A DNA stretch of 64,000 nt from NCBI RefSeq assembly GCF_009914755.1, contig NC_060930.1. The stretch is one strand, 5' to 3'. The position numbers were made by a program, and so were the translations under genes. The notes beneath the pieces were generated by a model. That model searched no databases and had not been told where the DNA came from. It saw only the letters and a program-made list of their open reading frames with translations. Source of the DNA: the human T2T-CHM13v2.0 reference genome, Homo sapiens. This document shows, one piece after another, positions 1-13,328 of this stretch; within the stretch, counting starts at the first letter, position 1; every line of letters begins with the position of its first letter.

Positions 1-482
1 CAGCATTTTTTGGTGCTAAAATACTGTGATAACTACTATACAAGTCTGTGCTTTATCTTAGAATAGATTATCCAAATTTGTTTGGTGGCAAGATTCCAGA
101 CATCAAGAGTCATCTGAAATTGTATCTCAATGTATTTGTTACTGAGTTCAAACAGTGAAAGATTTTAAAGTTAAATTGCAGACAAGACATTCCCCCAAGT
201 ATTTGAGTCTACATCTCTAAAAAAAGTCTGTCTACATAACCACTCTATTTTCTCTTCTAACAAAATTAACAGTAATTTCATAATTTCATGTCACTCAGAT
301 CTATTCAGATCCACTCAAATCACTCAAATTTCTCTCAAATATCTTTTATACTGATTTGTTAAAACCGGGATCTAATCAAGGACCATGTTATACAGACATT
401 TTGTCATTTTAATTAAAAATAAGGGCCTTACATTTATCAGTGATAAATTTTATTTTGTTGGTAGTGCCTCTTTGGGCTTGTC

Positions 483-671
483 CAGTAATCAGCAAACTTT
501 TTCTTAAAGGGCCAGAGAGTAAATATTTTAGGCTTGTGGTTCATTTGGTTCTTGTCACAACTACTCAGTTGTGCTGCGTAGTCATTATGGAAACACACGG
601 GCATGGCTGTGTTCCAATAAAACTTTTGCAAAACAGGCACTGGCCCATTGGCTGTAGTGTGCTGACCCTTG
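483..671. mobile_element. MER58-like hAT-Charlie MITE
   Basis: tcagcaaactttttc..aaagggccag..gtaaatattttaggct...ggctgtgttccaataaaac...ctgacccttg resembles MER58A. Confidence 0.7.
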
Positions 672-864
672 CCTAACCTATTATGATCTTGGTGTTTGTT
701 TGTTTGTTTGTTTGTTTTTTTCCCCTCATCTGTAACTGTTCTCAAGTTTTGCATCAATTCATTAAATAATACAATTAATATTCAACTATTGGTGAATCCA
801 TCTGTCAGTAATAGCCACCATTTAATGAACACATACTGTATGCTATATACTTGGCATGGATAAT

Positions 865-990
865 AATATTTAATCCTTAAAAGCACCCTGTGAGGTACAG
901 GTGGTATTATCACCAATTTATAGATGAGAAAATGAGGATTTAGAGAGCGGTTAGGTAAGTGGCCCAGTGTCACATAGCTAAATGGGAACA
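865..990. mobile_element. MIR SINE fragment
   Basis: ccctgtgagg...tttatagatgagaaaatgagg...gtcacatagcta core. Confidence 0.7.
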
Positions 991-1557
991 CTAGGTCAGA
1001 GCCCCCTTTTATAAGGCTTATTTTATACTATCAAACAGATACGAAAGAACATCGTTCTAAAAGGCAAATGTTAGCTTTTCTTCATCCTGATTCTAGGCAT
1101 GTGTTGAGAGACTGTCAAGTAATGTGTTGGGATTGGGACACAAAATGTCTATTTCCTAATCTACTATTTGGGGAGCTTTATAAAGGATGTGAGGTTACTT
1201 TGAATGGCGTGTCTTTCTTTTAGAAAAGAGCTATCTCTAGGAGACCATGTGGGTTCCTATTGTGTTTGCAAATCGGTCTATTATCAGTCCTCCCCTGCTT
1301 CTGCCATTTCTTAGATCATAGATGGTAATTTTGTGGTTAGAACCTTAAGGCCCATTCCCCTGTATCCTCAGCTTCAACTTGAGTATACTTTAAGTAGCTA
1401 GATTCTTCTTTTCTGTATTCTCAGGTTTATTTATTCTCTTGGCTTTCAATTAGATTTTAGATTTATTTTTGCTTCGTTTTTATGACAGGGTTTATTGTGG
1501 CCTTTCAGTTTAAATATCTTTCCTGGTGTGGAAAATTTTAAATGCAGTAGTCTTTGA

Positions 1558-1590
1558 TGCAATTTGTCGTAAAAGCCAGAAGGTGGCGAT
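1558..1590 (+). promoter_or_regulatory. Candidate CTCF site (core CCAGAAGGTGGCG plus upstream TGCAAT module)
   Basis: Core at 1576-1588 is near-consensus; TGCAAT starts 18 nt before the core CCA. Confidence 0.55.
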
Positions 1591-2305
1591 GTTTTCCATT
1601 TAAGGTTTCAATTCATTGTAGTTGCTGGAGTAATGTTTTTGAATACCACTAGAAAGAGGACCAAAAATACAGATGATGTGTTCTTGTACACAAAATCTTT
1701 GAGTGAGGAAGAATGTGCTTTAACTTCTATGATGTATTTTAATAGAAAGCTAGAAATATGCCACTTCCTGAAGGGCTACAGTTTTGAAGTTTGCTTTTTT
1801 TATGAGAAGATATTTGACAAATCACACTAAGCCATTTCCTTGAGAAACAGGACAAAACACCTGATCAAGCTATGTCTTAATATTAGGCCTTGGGCAGTGG
1901 GCAAATAATTGGTATTTGTATTTAAATCAGAATGGGAACAACTATTTTTCTTATATTAAACCTAACATATATATATATATTTGTTTTTTTATTTTAAAGC
2001 ATCCAGACTTTACCAAAAAAAAAAAAAAAAAGTCACCCTGCTGTGCCAATTCTCTGAATAGAACAGTTGTTAACATTTTGGCAGATATAACTATGTAAGT
2101 GCATATGTAGATACATAAGCCAAAAAGAACTCATAATTAGACATATAATTTTTTCTACTCTGGCAAACATTATGGACCTCTGTCTACATCTCTACATCTG
2201 TCTAGCTTTATAATTTATAAACTCCATTTAGTAGTCTATTATATAAGACTGTACTGTATTTAACTAGTTCCTTTTCATTGGATGTGCAGGTTGTTTCTGT
2301 TATAA

Positions 2306-2638
<333 letters not shown>

Positions 2639-2899
2639 AGTTCAGTTATTTCTTATTGTTACTGGTTGACTATAGTTCCACATATATTTACATTTTAAAT
2701 TATCTGAATACACACAGCCAGAGTATCTCCTATAGAAAGTTTTTGTACCAGACTGTAAGAGAACACAGATTTACTCACACTTTCAACATCGTTTGATATT
2801 TGCCAATATAAGTAAGTGTCATCTTATTCTTTTAAGTTAGCATTTCCTCAATTACTAGTAAATGCAAAGAACTGCTAAATAAATGATTAGTCTAAGAAA

Positions 2900-3930
2900 A
2901 AATGAATTTTAATATCATTAGAATTAAGGGATAATGAAAACACATATCCAACTTCAGTCACACCTAAGACACTTGGTTATAATTGTCTTAAATGTTTATA
3001 CAAGAAAAGACAGTTAAAAACTAAAGTATTAAGTATTCAACTTAAATACTTTCATTTAAGAAATTAGAAAAAGAATATATTAAATCTGTGGAAGGAAGGA
3101 AACAATGGACATGGGCAAAAAATTCACTAGAGAGGATCAGCTACTGATAGTTTGTTCTGAGAAGAAACCAAAGTGGAAAAAAAGCAAGATTGACGAGAGC
3201 AATAAAAAGCAGGAATAAATGATACTACAGTGAAAAAAGGGTAAGTAGGCTACAACAGAGACTTTAAAAGATTATTAAGACAACCATGAAGAATTGTATG
3301 CCCAGTAAATTTTAAAATTTAGAAGAAATGGAAAATTTAATTAAGCAAAATAGACTTGAAGAAAACAGAGACATGAATTATTTTAAAACTCTTAAAGAAA
3401 TTGAATTTAAAAGTTTAAATTCAATCTAATTTAAAAATTAGAAATTGTCTTAAAAATTTATCAAACAAGAAACAGTTCCAGATAATCTTCAGGTAACGTC
3501 TTCTAACCTGTCTTCCTGAGAATTAAAAAAGAAAAAAGAAATAAGCCACCTTAAATTGTCTAATGAGTCTAGTATAATCTTGATGCTCAAACCAGATAAG
3601 GACAATACAAGAAAGGAAGAGTATAGGCTAATTCTACCCAATAACTAAATGAAGTATTAGCAAACCAGATTCATCAATAATCTTTTAAAAATCAAGAATT
3701 AATTGGATTTAGGAATATAACACTGTGTATAACAAGTTTAAGAGAAATATATGAGAATGATAAGACTGCAATTGAAAGTAGAGGCTTTCTCTGGAGGGAA
3801 AGGTGAGGAGGATGTGATTTGGAAGAACAGCATGGGGAGGCATCAGTTGTATTGTAATGTTTATTTTTTAAGCTGAATGATAGGTACGTAGATGTTCATT
3901 GTGTTCTTTTTGCCTTTTTGTATATCTTAA
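2900..3930 (+). mobile_element. Old degraded L1 (L1M-type) fragments
   Basis: A-rich L1 ORF2/3'-like text (aaattagaaaaaga..., aaaccagataaggaca...). Confidence 0.5.
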
Positions 3931-4718
3931 ATATATGGTAGTGCCATGATTAGCAGGCTTAATAGCCTTGTGAGTTTAAATGTCACTTTCAAATGCTGTA
4001 TTTTTGGTGGAGTTGCTTAAACACATTCCCCTTGGAATCTATACAACCAGTTAAAAAAATCATGTATAAACCACCATGAAATATAATGAAATGTACTGTA
4101 TATGCATTTTCATGAATGTTGTGTCAAAGGGCTTGTAGGAAAAAAAGATCGTTAACTCTTTTGCATTCAGTGAAAATAGGTGGCTTTGGAAATAGTTTCA
4201 GCCTTGCTAACAGTTTTTTTTTCATGCTTAGAATTAAACGAAATAATTTGGAATTCTAGGTAGATGAGAAATTTAATATAGTTAAGAGTTTGAAATGTTC
4301 GATTTCATAGCGTTCATACACCAAATAATTGAACATTTACAATGTTTCAGATACGATGTTGAGTCATGGGAATATATAGACCTATAAAAGAGTCTTTCAC
4401 CTCAAGAAGCTTAGAATTTAGTAGGGGAAATAGGTGATTCTGGTGTTTAACTGTAGGTACCATCATAGTCATAAACAACTTGGAATATTTGTTCCCTTCT
4501 GGGAATTAGTTTCCATCTTTCCTTTAGCTGTTTTATTGTTTTTCTTGTTTTAATTTAAACAAAGTGGTGAGTCTGTGTTTTCAAGAATAACCTAAGCCTT
4601 TGAACTACTAATATTTAGTTAGACCTGTTTAACCCATCGATAAATTATGTCACTACACTTAAAAATACAAGGGACATGTTAGGCAATCAGATGCTTTGTA
4701 GAAACTGAGCTATTTGTC

Positions 4719-5002
4719 GGCCTGGCGCGGTGGCCCACACCTGTAATCCCAGCACTTTGGGAGGCCGAGGCAGTGGCTCACGAAGTCAAGAGTTCAAGAG
4801 CAACCTGGCCAAGATGGTGAAACCCTGTCTCTACTAAAAATACAAAAATTAGCTGAGCATGGTGGTGGGTGCCTGAGGCTGAAGCAGAGAATTGCTTGAA
4901 TCCAGGAGGCGGAGGTTGCCGTGAGCCAAGATCGCGTCACAGCCCTCCAGCCTGGGCAACAAAGCGAGACTTGGTCTCAAAAAAAAAAAAAAAGAAAAAA
5001 AA
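4719..5002 (+). mobile_element. Alu with small internal deletions
   Basis: ggcctggcgcggtgg...A tail; TSD-like agaaa(c/t)tgag..atttgtc. Confidence 0.93.
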
Positions 5003-5664
5003 GAAATTGAGATTTGTCTGTTTCGTTGGACTGTCATTCTAATTATCCTATTGAAAAGGGATATAATATGTTTAGCTTTAGAAAGTAAATCTTTGTTAAT
5101 ATCCAGTTCTGTGCTCTCGTTCTACAAGACAGATGAACTGATTGCAAGTGGACCTTTTTTCATGCTTCGAAAAATGTGATCTTTTATGTAGGTTGCCTCT
5201 TTTAAAAAAGTACTGACTTTTTATATTGCATCTTTAATTGAAAACTTCTTATTAAAGCAATCTTTTCTGAGCCTGCTTTTCAGGTTACTCATATTATAAA
5301 AATATGAATACTTAGTAACTTATGAACTATTCCCATGACCTTATTTTTAAAATTTAAGTTGCTGAAATGATGAAAAATCACCAATTTTGAATTTCAAGGC
5401 TTCTTTTTTGCATTCACACAGATTTTCTTTACCCTTTTTTTTCTTGACTTAGTTTTACTTATATTGTCCTTAGTGTTGTCCCCTCAGGCAGAACTCAAAG
5501 TAGTAAATTCAGAGTAGAGTAGAACTCAAAGTAGTAAATCTGAGTCAATTTGTTTTCTCCTGTTTGATATAAAAACAAGTAAAATAGTAAATTTGATAGT
5601 TGATTCGCATGAAGTTTCTTCTTCAGTAGTTGCCTTGTGGTAGCTTATCCTCAAGGGATGTGCA

Positions 5665-6160
5665 ACAGTTAGGATTAGGTTTGGCTGTATATCACAGAAA
5701 TCCAACATGAGGGAAACTGATTTTTCTCTCATACTCATGAGGTCTAGAATTAAGAAGAACAGGGATAATAAGGAGATTCACAGCGTCAGGGGCCAGGCTG
5801 CTTCTATCTTGTTGTTCTACCATCCTCATCCTCATTGTCTCGTGGTGCAAAATTGGCTACTTGAGCTCTAGCTCTCATATCCAACCTCTAGACAGCAAGA
5901 ATGAAAAAGGGCAGAAAGGCAAAGGAGCCCTTGCTGGCTTAGTTGGTTGCTCTAAGTAGACTTCCCAGAGGATACATAACCATTTTATTTTATGTCTCAT
6001 TGACCAGAACATATTCAGGTGGCCAGTTGGCTATACCAGTTGTTGCCAGGGAGGCTGACATCTATAGTATTTTATTTCTGCCACATTGTACCCAGCTAAA
6101 CATCTGAGCTCTGATCATTATGAAGGCAAGGTGGAATGGATGTTGGGGTAAGCAGCCAGG
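5665..6160. mobile_element. Old MaLR (MLT1-type) LTR remnant
   Basis: gttaggattaggtttggctg...tctcattgaccagaac... resembles MLT1. Confidence 0.5.
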
Positions 6161-6304
6161 AGCCTAGCAGAAAACCTGCTGCTGTCCAGATGGCTCAGTA
6201 ACTGGGCTCTAATGTAATCATGGGAAGTAGTGCTAAGAAATCCTCTGCCTGTTGATTTGAACTTATTTCATCAATAATTACTGTCATTTACTGTTACAAT
6301 ATCC

Positions 6305-6460
6305 TAGATATATATGCTAAGTACTTTTCATACATTATATAATTTTCACAACACTGCTGTGTGGTAGGCATGGTCTATTCCATGTTACAATATGAGAACA
6401 CTGAGACACAGGTTACATAACTTGCCCAAGTTCTGATAGCTATTAAGTGGTGAGTCAGAC
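6305..6460. mobile_element. MIR SINE fragment
   Basis: actgagacacaggttacataacttgcccaag. Confidence 0.65.
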
Positions 6461-7660
6461 ATTGCACGTGCTTAAGACCAATGGTAATAAACTGGCCCTG
6501 TGCCTCTGCTTTTTAATCTGTCTGCTTATATATCTATCCATCAGTTCCTATTGTCACCCCTGCCTCACTCCTCATACGTAAAAATTATTTGAGGTAGCTC
6601 AAACATGCACAAATAACAGAAAAACAAAAAGATACACAGATTGAGGGGAATATGGGAATACAAGAGTGAAAAAATATAATGAAGTTGAGGTACAATTGAT
6701 ACACAGAATTGAATGCCATATGGTCTTATAGAGGTGTCAGAAGTCTTGGTCTGGTTTGCCACTGTGTTCTATCAGAAACTGAAAGGCAGAGAAACAAGAC
6801 CTTCTTTATTTAGACTCTTGGCCCCTTCACTGTTTTAGTTATATAATAATTTGAATCCTTATTATAAAGAATACTAGTTTTTTACATTGTGGCTGCAAGG
6901 AATTTTAAAAACAACTATAGTATGTTTTTATCATTTTCTGATCTTTTTGTGAGTTAAGTCAAATTGCCATTGTTTATTTTTTGAAGTGTGAAAATGCAAA
7001 GAGAGAATTTTTTAGCTGGGTCATGAGTCACGTACTTAGTAAAAACTGGGGCTTGTTTGTTTGTATAAATCATAGGAGTCTCGGCAAATACATGTTGGAA
7101 GATTCTGATCTTGATAAAAATGGTATTATGCAAATTACTTGGTAGAGCTCCTCCTGTACACCCAAGTTTGCAAACTCCTTGAGGACAAAAGACTTTGCCT
7201 TAATCATTTTTTTCCCTCCATTATCTTCAGTGTATAGGTGTTCAGAAAGAAAATAATGAATGAATGGTTAGTAATGAGAAAAGTCTGTTAGTAAATGTTA
7301 TTCATATTTTTGCTGCTTTAAACTTAAGTCAGTTACTCTGCTTGAAATAGAAGTATGTCATATTTTTTATAGTACCAGCAAGTTGCATGAGAAGGGTTAT
7401 ATGCCACTAATGGTTAGACATTGGAACCAGAGTCCAACCCTTGAACGTGGTGCATTTGGGGATTTGTCATTACTGTGGTACACCTGGAACGTAGTGTTTG
7501 TAGAGGTGAATAGTAGGAGATAAGTCTGGCAAGCTCCTGTCAAGTAAAAGTTACTTTTTAGTTTAAGGAATGAAAGTTAGGCCTAGATTTTGAAATATAT
7601 TAGATGTCATGTTAGCTTTTTTAAAAATGACATTTTTAGTGGGGAAAAGAAAGGACATGA

Positions 7661-7964
<304 letters not shown>

Positions 7965-8136
7965 TGATTTGATTCTAGTAACATTTGAAAAATAAATAAT
8001 ATAGATTCATTTTTTACATTTCAATTTCAAAATTGTGAAAAGTGAATTAACAACATTTAAGTTTAATGACTTTATTTTGTTTTATTTCTCAGGATGTGAT
8101 CTTCGTGGTGGAAAGCTAAATTTTAAAACCACCCCA

Positions 8137-8271
8137 ATGGATGCAGACAGTGATGTTGCATTGGACATTCTAATTACAAATGTAGTCTGTGTTTTTAGAA
8201 CAAGATGTCATTTAAACTTAAGGAAGATTGCTTTGGAAGGAGCAAATGTAATTTATAAACGTGATGTTGGA
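8137..8271 (+). CDS. TBPL1: TBPL1 first coding exon (exon spans 8093-8271; ATG 8137), MDADSDVALD...KRDVG
   Basis: Acceptor tttctcAG at 8091-92, donor GTAAGT at 8272; translation matches the N-terminus of TBP-like protein 1 (TRF2/TLF). Confidence 0.97.
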
Positions 8272-8973
8272 GTAAGTATCTGAGTTTTCGTATTTGTACT
8301 ACATAGCCTAATTTTATAGTTCTATGACTAATACTAAAATGTATTCATTCTACAGATAGTTTATGAGCACCTTACCATGTGCTGGTTGTCCTGGATACAG
8401 AAGTGAGCCCTGTAAAAGCAATCCCTCCTCTCATGGAGGTGCAAGCTTTTGTACATAGAGTGCTGGTACCTGAATCAGCAAAGAACTCATTGGTTACAGA
8501 GACATTTTATTGCTCTCTCAATTTATTTTAACTGAAGAAAGGGACCTTTATATTCGCACATGTACCTATTCAAATATGATTATATTTGAATTATATTTGA
8601 ATGATGCCTTAATATATATTATAATTTTTATAATATTTTAATTGTCATATTCTTTAACAAAGGTAGATGGTTTTCTTTCATAACAAACTGCTGAAAATAA
8701 TATGATTTATATCTTAACCTGGACATCTTAAATTTTAGTTTTTGTTAAACCTGTAATATTTTAAAGCCTGAATATTAATAAGTAATAATAAAACCTTAGT
8801 GTTTTGAGATTAACATTATAAAAGACATTGGATGTCATTATAAACCAAAGATTGACGAGAGGAATATGTATTTTACACATTTGTTATGAAAATTAAGAAT
8901 GTATCTCAAGGCTCTATTTAGCTTTAAAAATTAGATGCCAGGATACCTATGTAAATTGCCATTAATTAATTAA

Positions 8974-9280
<307 letters not shown>

Positions 9281-9889
9281 GTCATTAATTCTTAGTACTA
9301 GAAACTAAGTAAAGATGAATTAAATTCAATTAAAAATTTCAGTGACTCACAAAGATTTTCAAGTTTGTCAGCAATCCCATCCTTCCTTTAGAAAAGTAAT
9401 AAATATGTCTGCTCAAAAGTTTAGAGAGGAATATGCCTAACACTGCTTTGGTACTTCAGCATGACATATGGAAAGGAAGTAGTTTTTTTAAGGCAGGTTA
9501 ATTGAAAATTCTGAGTTGATAGACAAGCTGGTGATGGTGAGAGACAATTAAATGTAGGATAAACTCAGTCAAGTGTTTCTCAGTCACTTGTATATGAAAT
9601 TTTATAATATATTTTAGTTCAAATTTTATCTTGATCTTTGGTGAATTTTGAGTCTGCCCAGATTTAATAGCTTTCTAGTTTGATAATATGGCATATGACA
9701 GAGAATGAAGAACACAAAATGTAACAAAAATTTTAAGCAGAAACATCTGATTCATTTATGTTAGTCAGTGAGCATTTATGTCTTTCTTACATAGAATGAG
9801 CATCTAACAAATATTTCCATTAATGAAAAGTTGGAATGAAAATTTAAATTTGCATATTTTCTTGGAGCTTAGTCCTTGACCTATTTATA

Positions 9890-10290
9890 CACACTCTGTA
9901 GTTATTTCATTGTAACCCATAGCTTTAAATGAATTTCCAATTACATCTCCAGCTCCAACATTTCTCCTTTATTCAAGATGCCGATGTTGAACTTGAGTAT
10001 GTAATAAGCATCTCAACTCTAGGATGCAATATAAAGTAGTGATGGGTACCATGAAGCAGCAGAAAGCAGAATTAGGAATTAGAAAGCAATGAAGGGATGG
10101 GTGTTTCAGGGAAATGATTAGGGAGGGCCTCTCTTCAGGAGGTGACATCTGGTAAGAGACCTGAATGAAGTGAGAATATTGAGGGGATAATATTCCAAAT
10201 GAAAGCAACAGCTACTGCAAAGCTTCTGAAGCATGAACAGATTTGGTGTGTGTGAAGAACCATGCAAGTTCCAGTTATATGACTGGGGTG
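9890..10290. mobile_element. L2 fragments
   Basis: aggtgacatctggtaagagacctgaatgaagtgag...tgcaaag L2-like. Confidence 0.5.
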
Positions 10291-10577
10291 GAATGAGAGT
10301 TGAATTGTTTATATACTTGGAGTACATTGATTTCAAGTATATAGAGTGAGAGATTTCTATACACCTTGTATTTTTAATTAATCAAATGTCTTTTTGGATT
10401 AATATGTTCTTTGTGTTTGGTATTGTACTTGATTTCAGAATGGTAGATTTGGAGAGCAGTTATTGCAGTCTTGGATAAGCTTGGAGAGTAGTATTTGGAC
10501 ATTAATATGACTATATAGAACAGAACCTTATGTGAAAAATAATGCTTATGAGGTAATCAGATTTTTTTTCCCCCCAG

Positions 10578-10660
10578 AAAGTATTAATGAAGCTTAGAAA
10601 ACCTAGAATTACAGCTACAATTTGGTCCTCAGGAAAAATTATTTGCACTGGAGCAACAAG
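10578..10660 (+). CDS. TBPL1: TBPL1 coding exon (KVLMKLRKPRITATIWSSGKIICTGAT), 83 nt
   Basis: cccccAG acceptor, GTAAAT donor; TBP repeat-1 motif; phase joins neighbours. Confidence 0.97.
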
Positions 10661-10826
10661 GTAAATGCTACTTGGGTTTTTTGTTTTTATTTTTTACTTT
10701 TTCCCTCATGGAAAGGACATTTTCCTAGACTTAACAGCAAAATCATATGTAAAGTTTGTTATGTTCCTCAGTATAACATTTATTTCCTGTGTAACTGATA
10801 ATCTTTTTCTTTCCTTAAAACCGTAG

Positions 10827-10890
10827 TGAAGAAGAAGCTAAATTTGGTGCCAGACGCTTAGCCCGTAGTCTGCAGAAACTAGGTTTTCAG
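10827..10890 (+). CDS. TBPL1: TBPL1 coding exon (SEEEAKFGARRLARSLQKLGFQ), 64 nt
   Basis: ccgtAG acceptor, GTAATG donor; TBP helix H2 equivalent. Confidence 0.97.
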
Positions 10891-12385
10891 GTAATGTTTT
10901 CAAATAGTATCTAAACTACAAATATTCAAGGACTTATTTTTATAGAATTAAAAATTGTAATAGACTCAAGAAATCACTATGCGTACTATTCTTATGATTA
11001 AACTTTTTCTAGGTTTTTTAATACTGCCCTTCAGTGTGAAAATTAGTAGCAAAATTTGGCTATGTGGGTATTTGTAAAGGATCCTAGCTTTTTCCCTAAT
11101 TCCTTTCCCATAAAGAGACTTGTTTCCTCACAAGTTAATTTCCTTTTCAACTCTTTTTTAAGTGTTTTCACCTCTGACGTACACAAACAAAATGGTTTTT
11201 GGTCATCTCAAGAATGCCAGGTCAGAATGGTGAATAGAGAATGGCAGAGGCCGTTGACATGGACACACCAGCTGGCAGGCTCTCACACTTGTAACGTGAC
11301 TGTCACTGGCATGTCAGCCTCATCACTATAACTTGATAGAGGTATACCTTTGAATAAAACGATTACATATTATGGACTTGCTAGGTCACTTGCAAATGAT
11401 GAATAAATGAAAGATAAAGATGAGAATGGTCCCTGAAGATGAGGGCAAGGCTGTTTGGGATTGAGACAAGTTTGTAGAAGTGGGGATAGGAAGTTACCTT
11501 TCCCTCTGATGACTCAGTCTCTCTGAAGTAGAGGGTGATAGGAAGAGACTGAACGGCTGGTGGGGAGTGGGGGTTGGTGCTTGAGAAGGGTGGCAGTAGA
11601 GAGAGGCTTGAGTTGTACTGTGATTTGAGAGTGCTGCCACTTTGCGGTTTCCTGGCTTTGCGCAACTGCTGTGTGCAAGGCTGAGTTGAAGGATAGTTCG
11701 CTCACCCAAAATTGTGGTTTTAGGAGGAATGTTTGAAAAGATAATGAGATGAAACGAAGATGTTGGTTGGAGTGGCCAAAGTTATTAATGTTAACAGCAT
11801 TATTTTCAGCCTTGGAACTTCTTTTCTTAGTGTAACATTAGAAGTGTTGAGAGAAATCCCAATTAGTTAGAAACAAATTTATCACTCTATCCCCAGAAAG
11901 AAAATAAACATCTAGCTAATCTCACAGAAATGTCATTTTGCCTTATTGCATATGAGAAAAACATCTGACTTTTGGAGCCCAGTGTACACTCTGTATTTAC
12001 TGACTTTAAAGTGACATCTTTTCCATTTTTACTCTAGCAGGATGACCTGGACTTAAATTTTTTTTCCCTCACTATTCTCTCTCCTTTCTCAGTAGTTTTA
12101 AATATTTCACTTAAAGTATTAAAAAATTAAACATATGATTAGAAAGACCCATACTGTTTTGATCATGCAAATACCTCAGTTTTTAATTTTTTTAATGGAG
12201 TTTTTGAGCTTTTTAAAAAACTGAATTAAAGCTTTCCATGCTACACAACTTACAGTACTAAACATACACTTAAAATGTTTTTGTTTTATCTTGTTTGCTC
12301 TTGTTTTTAAGGATTGCCATTATGAGCAGATTTTTTGTTTGTTTGTTTCAAAATAAATTTATTGAATTTTACTTCTCTCCTAAAG

Positions 12386-12489
12386 GTAATATTTACAGAT
12401 TTTAAGGTTGTTAACGTTCTGGCAGTGTGTAACATGCCATTTGAAATCCGTTTGCCAGAATTCACAAAGAACAATAGACCTCATGCCAG
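12386..12489 (+). CDS. TBPL1: TBPL1 coding exon (VIFTDFKVVNVLAVCNMPFEIRLPEFTKNNRPHA), 104 nt
   Basis: ctaaAG acceptor, GTAAGT donor; start of TBP repeat 2. Confidence 0.96.
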
Positions 12490-12586
12490 GTAAGTCTTTG
12501 AAGCAATTTATCTTGAGAAATTACCAAATTTGAAATTACTAGTCAGGGTATAAATATTTATATTAATTGTGGCTTATTTTGTGTAG

Positions 12587-12681
12587 TTACGAACCTGAAC
12601 TTCATCCTGCTGTGTGCTATCGGATAAAATCTCTAAGAGCTACATTACAGATTTTTTCAACAGGAAGTATCACAGTAACAG
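12587..12681 (+). CDS. TBPL1: TBPL1 coding exon (SYEPELHPAVCYRIKSLRATLQIFSTGSITVT), 95 nt
   Basis: gtgtAG acceptor after a 97-nt intron, GTATTC donor; YEPEL motif of the TBP family. Confidence 0.97.
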
Positions 12682-13008
12682 GTATTCTATGATATTGAAA
12701 CCACACTTATCAATTATGGATTGAATGATACAAGATGCTCATACCAAGATAGAAATAATGTGTGATTTGTTCCTTTCAGTCACTTCTGCCCTTTAGAGGA
12801 ACCAGTCTCCTGACTTTTAACACTAGATGCATTTTGCCTACTTTTGTACTATTTATAAATGTTACACTTACTATTTTGTGTCTTTTTTCACTCAGCATTA
12901 TCTTAGTGAGTTTCATCTATATTATATTCTATGTAGCTGTATGTAGATCATTCGTTCTTATTGGGCATTTGAGTAGTTTCCAGTTGGAGCTTTAAAAATA
13001 TTCTGGTA

Positions 13009-13328
<320 letters not shown>

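Noticed and set aside
8568-8591. 10-bp stem hairpin attcaaatat-gatt-atatttgaat
   Set aside because: Short and AT-only; expected by chance or slippage; no ncRNA hallmarks.
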